From NCBI GenBank assembly GCA_007375725.1, contig VMEV01000007.1:22895-86894 (forward strand): 64,000 nucleotides of DNA. The letters run 5' to 3'. The position numbers and the translations under genes are program-made. The stretch comes from Parcubacteria group bacterium Greene0416_36. Lineage in GTDB: Bacteria > Patescibacteriota > Patescibacteriia > VMEV01. The notes beneath the pieces were generated by a model. It had not been told where the DNA came from. It saw nothing but the letters and a program-made list of their open reading frames with translations, and searched no databases. Below, one piece after another: positions 55,331-63,879 of the stretch (the first letter of the stretch is position 1; each line of letters begins with the position of its first letter).

Positions 55331-55966
55331 ATGAGTTGGAAAAAGTCGCTCATGGAAATAATGGCCTATTTTCAATTAGGCACGTTATTCCCAAATTTTT
55401 TTCCAATCCTGCTGGATAAGCAACAAAGGATTGGAAAAATCTGTATTTTTGGTGGATCTTTTAATCCGCCTCATCGGGGGCATGTAGAGGCAACAAAGAT
55501 TCTCTCGAGATTCTTCGATGAAGTCATCGTCGTACCTTGTGGTTACCGAATAGATAAGGTCTACCCAGATTCAAAAATCCGGCAACCCCTACTCGAAAAA
55601 GCTTTTGCTGCGGCCGGGGTCACGGTTGACTGCCGAAGAATCACCCAAAAAAACCTGGATCCTTTAGAACTGGCAAAGTACTATATCCAGGAGAAAAAAA
55701 ACAAGGATGTGTGGGTCGCCATGGGCACAGATGTAATGATCAAGCACCAGAATGACCCACAATGGCCAGAATATATGGCCTATAATTGGATCGTTCTTGA
55801 GAGGGAGGGCTACAAACTAGAGAAGCCACTCCCGCCAAAAAGCAAAATTTTACATCTCGCCTACGGAAGAAAAATAGCGAGTTCACGGATAAAAAAAATG
55901 TTGGCTGAAATAGCGGAAATATTACCAGAAAATTGTACGATTCAAGATCTGCTGCAATTTCAGTAG
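55331..55966 (+). CDS. nadD: nicotinate/nicotinamide-nucleotide adenylyltransferase
   Basis: ICIFGGSFNPPHRGH is the (H/T)xGH nucleotidyltransferase motif. 211 aa. RBS AAAGGAG. Confidence 0.75.
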   Translation: MSWKKSLMEIMAYFQLGTLFPNFFPILLDKQQRIGKICIFGGSFNPPHRGHVEATKILSRFFDEVIVVPCGYRIDKVYPDSKIRQPLLEKAFAAAGVTVDCRRITQKNLDPLELAKYYIQEKKNKDVWVAMGTDVMIKHQNDPQWPEYMAYNWIVLEREGYKLEKPLPPKSKILHLAYGRKIASSRIKKMLAEIAEILPENCTIQDLLQFQ

Positions 55967-56028
55967 TAGTAATCTTGAAAAACTTCGGCAGAAAAAAAAG
56001 AGCTTAAGTAAAAAATTAACTGAACAAT

Positions 56029-56062
56029 AAGAGAACAGACCTTTTAATACGTTTGTTCTCTT
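56029..56062. terminator. bidirectional hairpin terminator
   Basis: AAGAGAACAGACCTTTTAATACGTTTGTTCTCTT plus a T-run. Confidence 0.6.
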
Positions 56063-56076
56063 TTTAATTTCCCAAA

Positions 56077-56736
56077 TTATACGGCCTCCGGCACGACCAA
56101 TTTCTTCATATCATATTTCACTTTCTCCAAAAGCATTTCCTTCTTCCCGCCGTCGACGATATCGCCGTGGCCGGGGATGATGATATCGGCTTTCTCGAGG
56201 ATCGCGCGCGCGCTTTTGAGATAGGCTTTTTTGCTATAGAAAGCCGGATAGAGTCCGTCTTTCATGAGATCGTAGCGAATCGCATCGCCGGCGAGACACC
56301 AGATCTTCTCATCGATCGTGACAAACGCGGACCAGTGAGACTGATCATGTCCCGGGGTATAGACGATATCGATGTCTCCGAGGCTTATAGGGTCTCTGGG
56401 CGCGATATATCGAATCGAGCCTCTCTCATATTCCCACTCCGCCGGCCCCATAATGATTTTAGCGCGCGGAAACAAATAATTGTTCCCGGTATGATCAAAA
56501 TGATAGTGGCTATTGATGATGTAGTCGATGTCTCCGGGCTCCAGCTTCTCAGCCTTGAGTTCCTCCACGAGCCGTTTCCCCATCGGATAAAATCCGGTAT
56601 CAAATAAAATATTCATCTTTCCCGCCCGAATCAGAGTCGATGAACTGTAGATAGGACAAATATCATGCACATCTCCCTCAACATGATCCTCGTGCTTGCC
56701 GAGGAATAGAACTTTTAAGGATAGTTTTTGTTTCAT
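56077..56736 (-). CDS. MBL-fold metallo-hydrolase
   Basis: HYHFDHTGN (HxHxDH) and downstream His/Asp ligands. 219 aa. Confidence 0.8.
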   Translation of the reverse strand: MKQKLSLKVLFLGKHEDHVEGDVHDICPIYSSSTLIRAGKMNILFDTGFYPMGKRLVEELKAEKLEPGDIDYIINSHYHFDHTGNNYLFPRAKIIMGPAEWEYERGSIRYIAPRDPISLGDIDIVYTPGHDQSHWSAFVTIDEKIWCLAGDAIRYDLMKDGLYPAFYSKKAYLKSARAILEKADIIIPGHGDIVDGGKKEMLLEKVKYDMKKLVVPEAV

Positions 56737-56765
56737 ATGTTTTCAGGCGTTAGGCCGTAATTATA

Positions 56766-56878
56766 GTGTCATTGCGAGTTACGCGCTTTAGCGGAACGTG
56801 CCAATCTCACATTAGAATCCTCCCTATCGATATGAGATTGCTTCATCCCCGCTAAGACGCGGGGCTTCGCAATGACAC
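56766..56878. repeat. structured repeat of about 110 nt, copy 2
   Basis: GTGTCATTGCGAG...CTTCGCAATGACAC terminal inverted repeats. Internal ATCTCACA...ATGAGAT. Shares motifs with 25954..26062. Confidence 0.6.
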
Positions 56879-56887
56879 CACTACTCC

Positions 56888-57265
56888 CTAATAGTATTTT
56901 ACCACGCACCGCCCCTCCTCGCACGCCAATTTTTTGTAGAACCGGCAGGTCTGCTCGCATTCTTCGGGATACTGGATCAAGAGATCTTTGATTTCATTCA
57001 CCCGATCCCCAGCGACCGCCACATGGCACCCGAAGGGGCAGTGGGACGCCACAATTTCGCAATCGTCCACACTCTTACAAGCCGAGGCTCCCAAAATTTT
57101 ATTTTTCAATTCTTCTTTCTTTTGTTTTTGCTCTTCAGGATTGGAATTCTTCGAATTGTCTCCCTCCGAAACATCATTCGATTTCCAAAATCCAGTCTGT
57201 GTCAAACTCCAAAAAAATAAAAACACTATCCCCACCCCAATTATCCACTTTCCGTTTTTTGACAT
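56888..57265 (-). CDS. small exported Cys-rich protein
   Basis: 125 aa, N-terminal TM or signal, 10 cysteines in the C-terminal 60 residues (CKSVDDCEIVASHCPFGCHV...CEQTCRFYKKLACEEGRC). Confidence 0.45.
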   Translation of the reverse strand: MSKNGKWIIGVGIVFLFFWSLTQTGFWKSNDVSEGDNSKNSNPEEQKQKKEELKNKILGASACKSVDDCEIVASHCPFGCHVAVAGDRVNEIKDLLIQYPEECEQTCRFYKKLACEEGRCVVKYY

Positions 57266-57581
57266 AACCTTGATTTTAAAGACTTATTTATCCCCCAAAG
57301 GCGTGAGTTACCCACAGACTTGTCAACATTTTGACAGAAAAGGAATGATAAATAAAGAAAAAAATATTTTATCCATAACTTTTCCACAAAATCATCCACA
57401 AGCCACAAGATCTCTTATTTATTGGAGAAATAAAGAAACCTTACTAAAGTAAGGTTTCTCCAAAAGAAGTAGACCGTTATTCAAGTCCATATATCTCCAG
57501 CGAACTATCTCGCTAGAAAGCCAATGTCTTGAATACGAACCTACTAACAACAGTATAGCCGTTCTAACTTATAGCGTCAAT

Positions 57582-57627
57582 CTCCAAACCACCCTCGTTG
57601 TAAGCGATCGACGAGGGTGGTTTTTAA
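57582..57627 (+). terminator. rho-independent terminator (AAACCACCCTCGTTGTAAGCGATCGACGAGGGTGGTTTTT)
   Basis: Strong GC stem plus a T-run on the + strand, with no annotated + gene upstream. Confidence 0.55.
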
Positions 57628-57776
57628 TTCTCAATTTGCAACTTTCTCTCTTTTTTCCTAATATATCCAAATGTTTCAGAGTTCAGAGTATTTGTATTCA
57701 GGCTGTTTCCTAAATCTGCGCCAAAGGCGCATCAGCCTACGGCTGGCTAACACCTGAGTCCTAAATCCTGATTATT

Positions 57777-57849
57777 GGGCCCTTAGCTCATTTGGTAGAG
57801 CGCTTCCATGGCATGGAAGAGGTAAACGGTTCGAGCCCGTTAGGGTCCA
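57777..57849 (+). tRNA. tRNA-Ala (anticodon GGC)
   Basis: GGGCCCTTAGCTCATTTGGTAGAGCGCTTCCATGGCATGGAAGAGGTAAACGGTTCGAGCCCGTTAGGGTCCA. G3-U70 Ala identity pair, anticodon loop ATGGCAT. CCA is not encoded. Confidence 0.85.
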
Positions 57850-57905
57850 CCCCACTCCGCTGCCATCGCTACGCTCATAGGCGAGCTACGCGGGGCACGC
57901 CATAC

Positions 57906-57937
57906 AAAAACATGTCCGTAATCTCGGACATGTTTTT
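57906..57937 (+). terminator. rho-independent terminator
   Basis: AAAAACATGTCCGTAATCTCGGACATGTTTTT. Confidence 0.7.
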
Positions 57938-58048
57938 GTATACAAATTTTTCTAAACACCTTACAATTATAGAATTCGATTTGAAATCTCAGTCGAGGAA
58001 ATAAAAAACAAAAATAAAATTTATAAAATTAATCCTTAATCTTTTCTT

Positions 58049-58126
58049 ATGGCAAAAAAAATGAAAAAGAGAGTCGCCAAGAAGATGGCCAAAAAGCACA
58101 AGAAAGTCGCGAAAAAGAAGAAATAA
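58049..58126 (+). CDS. 25-aa lysine-rich peptide (MAKKMKKRVAKKMAKKHKKVAKKKK)
   Basis: Short ORF followed directly by its own hairpin terminator (58139-58175). 60% Lys/Arg. Below the ORF-track cut-off. Confidence 0.3.
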   Translation: MAKKMKKRVAKKMAKKHKKVAKKKK

Positions 58127-58138
58127 CCGAGAAAAAAA

Positions 58139-58175
58139 GTGACCTTGAATTTAAAAAATACGGGTCACTTTTTTA
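58139..58175 (+). terminator. rho-independent terminator
   Basis: GTGACCTTGAATTTAAAAAATACGGGTCAC plus TTTTTTATT. Confidence 0.65.
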
Positions 58176-58212
58176 TTACTCTTTGACTGACGACAAAAGA
58201 CTCCCAAAGGCC

Positions 58213-59739
58213 CTAAAACCCTCCTACCATCTCGATCTTAGCGCCCAAGGTCTTAAGGCGGCCGGCGAGGTCTTCGTAGCCACGGTTGATGGAATAGACC
58301 TGCCGAAGGACCGAGTCTCCCTTGGCGGCGAGCATGGCGATGAGCATGATCGCGGCAGGGCGTAGTGCCGGCGGGCAGACAAGATCAGCCTTCTGAAATT
58401 CGACAACGCCGTGAACATAAACACGATGCGGGTCCGCGAGCGTGATATTGGCGCCGAGTTTATTCAGTTCAGTGTAATAAATCGCGCGGTTCTCAAAAAC
58501 CCAGTCATGAATCAAAGTCTCGCCTTCCGCGCGACACGCAATCGGCACAAAAAAAGGAAGATTGTCGATATTGAGACCGGGATAAGGCATAGGATGGATT
58601 TTGTCGGCAAGAGCCGTCAATTTGGAAGGAAATGTTTCGATATCCACCAAATTCACGACCCCGTTTCTCCCTTTATAGCGCTTGGAAATTTTGTACTTGA
58701 ATCCCATCTTCTCCAATTTGAGCAATTCCAGCTCCAAAAAATCAATGGGGCAGGCCTCGATCACGATCTCAGATTCGGTGCAGATCGCCAGAGAAAGAAA
58801 AAACATGGACTCAATCGGATCTTCAGAAAGTTCATATTCCACGGATTGCGAGATATCCCGCTTACCATACACACGGAGTACACTCGTGCCAATCCCCTCA
58901 ATTTGGACACCCAGTTTTACAAGAAAATGGCATAAATCCTGCACCATATAGTTAGACGAGGCCATTTTGATGGTGGACCAGCCGGGTATTTGAGAGGCAG
59001 CCATGAGCACATTTTCCGTCACCGTATCGCCCATCTCGTAGAGAACCACGGCCGATGCCTTCATTTTTTTCGACGAAGCCTGATAATCGCATTCCGTTTC
59101 AGCAATCTCCAGGCCGAACTTCTCTAGGCCGTATATATGGGGAGTCACCGTGCGATCACCCAGTTTGCATCCACCCGCTAGTGGAATGGAAAAAGAAGGA
59201 AGGCGCGAGGCCAAAGCACCCAAAAACATAATGATACTTCGAGTTTTTTTAGCTGATTCAATATTCATCTTTGATAAATCAATGGACGTGGCATCGAGCA
59301 GCAAATCATCTCCCTGCCATCGGAGCACGACGCCAATGCTCGACAAAACCTCGCAGATGCGATGAACTTCTTCGATCTTGGGAACACGTCGGAGTAGTGT
59401 CTTGCCTCGATTCATGAGCGAAGCACAGAGAAGACCCACCGCCGCATTTTTCGATGTATTAGTCGCGATTCTGCCGGACAATTTATACCCCCCTGAAATC
59501 TTAAAATTCATGGACTTATTTCCCAAAGTGATCACCTCGCGATTGAGTACCAAGCTGATTTTGGAGAGCATTTCGGTCGTGAAATTTTGATCCCCCTTCT
59601 CCATCCTCGCCACCGCGCTCTGGCTTGTATTCAAGGCTTTGGCAAACTCGCTCTGGTTCCACCCCTTCATAGTCCTTAATTCAGTTATAAATTGGCCAAT
59701 TTTGGATTGATCGGAAACATTAGTCTTTTTTACAGACAT
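58213..59739 (-). CDS. murA: UDP-N-acetylglucosamine 1-carboxyvinyltransferase fused to an N-terminal XRE-family HTH domain
   Basis: Residues about 10-70, IGQFITELRTMKGWNQSEFAKALNTSQSAVARMEKGDQNFTTEMLSKISLVL, form a Cro/C1-type HTH. MurA follows: KISGGYKLSGRIATNTSKNAAVGLLCASLM, the catalytic Cys loop PLAGGCKLGDRTVTPHI, and the C-terminus GYEDLAGRLKTLGAKIE. Confidence 0.85.
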   Translation of the reverse strand: MSVKKTNVSDQSKIGQFITELRTMKGWNQSEFAKALNTSQSAVARMEKGDQNFTTEMLSKISLVLNREVITLGNKSMNFKISGGYKLSGRIATNTSKNAAVGLLCASLMNRGKTLLRRVPKIEEVHRICEVLSSIGVVLRWQGDDLLLDATSIDLSKMNIESAKKTRSIIMFLGALASRLPSFSIPLAGGCKLGDRTVTPHIYGLEKFGLEIAETECDYQASSKKMKASAVVLYEMGDTVTENVLMAASQIPGWSTIKMASSNYMVQDLCHFLVKLGVQIEGIGTSVLRVYGKRDISQSVEYELSEDPIESMFFLSLAICTESEIVIEACPIDFLELELLKLEKMGFKYKISKRYKGRNGVVNLVDIETFPSKLTALADKIHPMPYPGLNIDNLPFFVPIACRAEGETLIHDWVFENRAIYYTELNKLGANITLADPHRVYVHGVVEFQKADLVCPPALRPAAIMLIAMLAAKGDSVLRQVYSINRGYEDLAGRLKTLGAKIEMVGGF

Positions 59740-59755
59740 ATTTTTTAGAAAATAA

Positions 59756-59783
59756 ATATTTATATCACATGTGATATAAATAT
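59756..59783. promoter_or_regulatory. perfect 28-bp palindrome ATATTTATATCACATGTGATATAAATAT; candidate operator for the HTH-MurA fusion
   Basis: Lies 17 bp upstream of the murA ATG and overlaps the presumed promoter. Confidence 0.55.
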
Positions 59784-59821
59784 ATTATATTGCCAGAAGA
59801 ATTTGCGCAAGTACCAGAAAT

Positions 59822-59854
59822 GAATTACCCCGACCGCTTGCGGCGGGGTAATTC
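59822..59854. terminator. hairpin terminator GAATTACCCCGACCGCTTGCGGCGGGGTAATTC
   Basis: 11-bp perfect GC-rich stem downstream of the DUF218 gene. Confidence 0.55.
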
Positions 59855-59918
59855 ATTTATTTTAATCCCCCTCCTATAAAATAAAGCTCTCGACGTTTCG
59901 AGAGCCTTATTTTTTTAT

Positions 59919-60464
59919 TCATTTTTTTTGCCTCCTGCTCTCGCGATTCCTTCTGGCGACTCTTCCGGTCCCTTTCCAATCGAACAAATGATAGAAAATC
60001 ATGACCCATTCCATCAAGAATGTTTTCCACGATATTCGATAAAACAGTGGATGGATTCGAACAATTGTTCCATGCGCGAGGAAAAACGTAATGAAAATCC
60101 GAATCGCATGCTGCCACTGTGTGACAACGGTTACTTCAGGCTGAGCTAATGACATTTCCGTCCACGCATCAAGAAAAAAAGTAATATTCCCGTAGGTGTC
60201 TAGAGACTTTCTTTCCAATACCAGATATTCCTCAAGATCCCCTTGTAGCACAAACCACTCCGCCATCAGCTCACTCGCGGCTCTCGTCTGAATATGGGGA
60301 GGATTAAAGATACCGCCGCAGAGGAAAATGATGTCGTATTTTCCTGTTTTCCATAATTCCAAAGCCTTCTGACACCGAATCAATGTATCCCCATGTGTCA
60401 AGGTATTGACTGGCGTAATTCCACAGGACGGAACAAACAGAACTCGATCGGTTTGATTCATCAA
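59919..60464 (-). CDS. DUF218 (YdcF/SanA-like) domain protein
   Basis: IIFLCGG and ERKSLDTYGN motifs typical of DUF218. Confidence 0.6.
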   Translation of the reverse strand: MMNQTDRVLFVPSCGITPVNTLTHGDTLIRCQKALELWKTGKYDIIFLCGGIFNPPHIQTRAASELMAEWFVLQGDLEEYLVLERKSLDTYGNITFFLDAWTEMSLAQPEVTVVTQWQHAIRIFITFFLAHGTIVRIHPLFYRISWKTFLMEWVMIFYHLFDWKGTGRVARRNRESRRQKK

Positions 60465-60682
60465 GCAACTCCTTCCAAAAGAAATGATTTATTCAACACG
60501 ACTCGTTTACAGAGATGGCAGTAGATTATCACAAAAAAACTATTTGTTCCACATGGAGCAATCCGTCTCCAAAAATTCCTTTCCGGAATTTATTTATTGA
60601 CCAGCCCTTCCAAAATTCATATTTATTTGCTATTCTTTCTTTCGTCACTCATTGTTCTTACAGTCAAAAAAGGAGAATTAAA

Positions 60683-61466
60683 ATGACCGAATGGTGGCAG
60701 GAAATTTTTAATGAGGATTATCTTGAAGCCTATCGAGACAGAATAGGCGAAGACATAACCAAACAAGATATAATCTTTCTCTCTTCCATCCTCAAAAACA
60801 AAGAAGAAATCAAAATATTGGATTTTGGATACGGACACGGAAGAATATCAATTCCTTTGGCTCAAAGTGGGTTTAAGGTGACAGGATTTTATTATTCACC
60901 CTATTTTTTTATCTCTCGCTAAAAAACAAAGCCAACAGCTAGGCATAAAAAATATCGATTGGAAACCCGGGGATATGAGAAAAATAAAATTCTCCAACGA
61001 GTTTGACTACGTTCTTTCGTGGTTCACCTCTATCGGGTATTTTTCCACACACTTCAAAAACATCTTAGTGATCAAAAACATACACCAAGCACTAAAGACA
61101 GGTGGTATCTTAATTTTAGATATAAATAACTTTTCCAAAACCCTGCACAACATGAAATTAAGAACGCACCCAGAGTGGACTCTCGTACCTGAATATTCAT
61201 CAGTTTATGAGCTTAGCGATGGTACTCGAATCAAAAAAGTGTCTAAATTCGACCGAATGAAACGCAAACTGAGTACCCTACTAGAATGGACAAAGGACGG
61301 CAGGGATAAAAAAATGCATTATGAGGTACGATTATTTCCCTACGATGAAATAATCACTCTACTACAGGGAATAGGATTTAAGATCCTGCAAACCTGGGGA
61401 AGTAATCTCGGAGAAGAATTCAGCGACACCTCCCCAAGACTTATCATCAAGGCCCAAAAAATATAG
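60683..61466 (+). pseudogene. class I SAM-dependent methyltransferase, frameshifted at a CCC run near 60896
   Basis: RBS AAAGGAG plus an ATG at 60683. Motif I ILDFGYGHGRISIPLAQSGFKVTG. The reading frame then switches: frame A stops at 60922, and the -1 frame continues ...SPIFLSLAKKQSQQLGIKNIDWKPGDMRKIKFSNEFDYVLSWFTSIGYF...LKTGGILILDI. Removing one C from CACCC restores a single ORF. Confidence 0.6.
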
Positions 61467-61670
61467 TTTGAATCCAATTTCAAAATCCAAAATATCTTCT
61501 GAATCAGGAGATATTTTTTGTTCCACGTGGAACAGAAAAGCGCGGTTATCAACAAATCATCCGAGATCTCCACAAGATTGTCCACACTCGTATTGAACCG
61601 ATTAGCCTTTTTTGGATAAATAAAAATCCCTGATATTTTATCAGGGCCAGAATAAACAAAGGACTTATAA

Positions 61671-62471
61671 TCATTCTACGATCTTTAATTCGGTAATCAG
61701 CGGCAAGTGGTCTGAAATCAGTAAGTCCTGGGGAACTTCAAATTTTACCACCTCAAATCGACTGGATAAGCCGGCGGACAGGAGAACATAGTCCGCAAAA
61801 AGCCCCCTCCCCGGCCTTTTATATAAAGCACTGCGAGTCGATTTTATTTGATACTCGTCAATTAAATCAATTGTACCTTCACGAATCGCTTTAAAACTCT
61901 GCGTGTCAGGGGAGAGATTGAAATCTCCACCCAAAACAAACGGGTCGCGAATCACGGCAAGAAATCGTAAAATCCGCTGTGATTGAATAATCCTTGCATC
62001 AGTATCCCCCTTACCGGAAGGATCCCAGACACCGTGAAAATTAACTACAGAAAAACGCTCTCCGAAAGACGACTCCAGATGAAGAAATTGTAAGTTGCGC
62101 GGAATCGTCTGTACTGTTTTCTGCCACTTATTTTTTTGACCAAAAACCCACACGGCTCCATTTGACAGAACATCGAAGTCCCTTACAAAAGTCGCATTGC
62201 CGATCCAATGTTCCCGATCTCCCAATTTTTCTCTATCGACCCCTTCTAGGAACGGTTCATAAAAACAAGTAAATCCCTCTAACTCTCTTTGCAACCACCC
62301 CAATGAATCGTAGTCATGCCCGCTTTCATGGTCTATTGGTTGCGGCGAGGACAATACTTCTTGAAAACAAAAAATATTGCATGTCAGCTTTTCTTTTCGA
62401 ATCCATTCCACTAATTGAGTCCGCTTTTTCCCTCCCCAAATATTGAAATATATAATTTTTAATTGTGTCAT
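61671..62471 (-). CDS. endonuclease/exonuclease/phosphatase (EEP) family protein
   Basis: MTQLKIIYFNIWGG... start. Conserved FQEV, NFHG and SDHLPL motifs of the EEP fold. Confidence 0.75.
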   Translation of the reverse strand: MTQLKIIYFNIWGGKKRTQLVEWIRKEKLTCNIFCFQEVLSSPQPIDHESGHDYDSLGWLQRELEGFTCFYEPFLEGVDREKLGDREHWIGNATFVRDFDVLSNGAVWVFGQKNKWQKTVQTIPRNLQFLHLESSFGERFSVVNFHGVWDPSGKGDTDARIIQSQRILRFLAVIRDPFVLGGDFNLSPDTQSFKAIREGTIDLIDEYQIKSTRSALYKRPGRGLFADYVLLSAGLSSRFEVVKFEVPQDLLISDHLPLITELKIVE

Positions 62472-62705
62472 TTCAAGGTACCTCCCAAAAAAAGATAAGG
62501 AGAAGTTATCATTTGCGACAAAAAAAATCAATTAATGAACCTCCCCGCAGCAAGCTGTCGAGGAATTGACCTAAAAAAGATTAAAATGAGTAAACAGCAA
62601 AAAACATTCCATGTAGAACATCTTTCACGAAAGTATTGCGCGGATCTAATCTTTAAGCTAAGGTACAAGACATATTATTTCTTTTACAAAAAAGGACAAG
62701 CACCC

Positions 62706-63176
62706 ATGTTACATAAGAACGAAAAAAGAGTTGTAGTCGGTATCGGAGTTATTGTTTTTAAAGACGGAAAGATTTTATTAGGGAAAAGAAAAACAGATCC
62801 AGGAGCCGGAGAATTCGCTCTGCCTGGAGGATTGCTGGAGCACGGAGAAACCATAACAGAAGGAGCCCAACGTGAAGTACTGGAAGAAACCGGAATCAAA
62901 ATAAAAGACACCGCCTATGTCGCAACAGCCAACGCGCTCAATTATCCCCCAACCCATTGCCTTCTAATCGGCGTATCCGCACACTGGGAATATGGAGACC
63001 CTGAAGTAAAGGAACCAAGCAAACATGAAAGCTGGGCATGGTGTTCTGTAGAGGAAACTCCCCAACCTTTTTTTCGAATGAGCGCGATCATCCTCCATTG
63101 TTTCCATAGAATGGAATCCTATATGGATGAAAAACACATCCAACAATTCTTCCCAAAAAACAATTCATTTCCATAA
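62706..63176 (+). CDS. NUDIX hydrolase
   Basis: Intact Nudix box GGLLEHGETITEGAQREVLEETGI. Start at the ATG at 62706 (MLHKNEKRVVVGIGVIVF). Confidence 0.8.
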   Translation: MLHKNEKRVVVGIGVIVFKDGKILLGKRKTDPGAGEFALPGGLLEHGETITEGAQREVLEETGIKIKDTAYVATANALNYPPTHCLLIGVSAHWEYGDPEVKEPSKHESWAWCSVEETPQPFFRMSAIILHCFHRMESYMDEKHIQQFFPKNNSFP

Positions 63177-63576
63177 TCCTGTCAGGTACCTGATAAATTG
63201 GGCACAGGGATAGTGTATACTTTTGGGGGTGAAAATAACTCACAAAAAATAACCAAAATCGCTAAAGATATTTACTATTAGCGATTTTTTAATTACCCTT
63301 GACAGGAAATCCACAGAAAAATATTTTTAATAGACAAGATTTACACAGATTATACTCATTTTATACACAACTTATAAACAAATAAACCACCATTCCATAT
63401 TAAGATTAGCGATTTTTATTATCTGATTGACAGGTGTTCTACATGGAACAAAACATCTAAAGACCGAATACAAGTGACCAATAATAAAAATCAATCCGTG
63501 ATTGAATTATTCGAGAGGCCCGATTACAATAAAATAAAATTCGCTCTCAATTTTCCTTTTGGGAGGATTCCAAAAA

Positions 63577-63879
63577 ATGAGCATGATATATAATGAGACT
63601 ACACCCAGCGTGTTCCATCACTTAATGGCAAATTCCTTTTTCAGTGATCTTGTCAAAAACAAAAAGGGCCCCCTGATATTATGCCTGCCAAACACAATGA
63701 AAAAGGGGGATCTTGTGGTCTTGGAAGAAAAAGTTTGGAGTGAAAAAATGCCCTTTGACAATAAAATAAAGCCATCAAGGCGGAAAATCTACGCAGAAAT
63801 TACCGGAATACATCCACAACAGACAGGGGATCTGAACATATGCAAGTTCACATTGAAAATTACGACCACTGTAGTATAA
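63577..63879 (+). CDS. hypothetical small protein
   Basis: GGGAGG RBS 8 nt upstream of the ATG at 63577. 100 aa with no recognised motif. Confidence 0.4.
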   Translation: MSMIYNETTPSVFHHLMANSFFSDLVKNKKGPLILCLPNTMKKGDLVVLEEKVWSEKMPFDNKIKPSRRKIYAEITGIHPQQTGDLNICKFTLKITTTVV

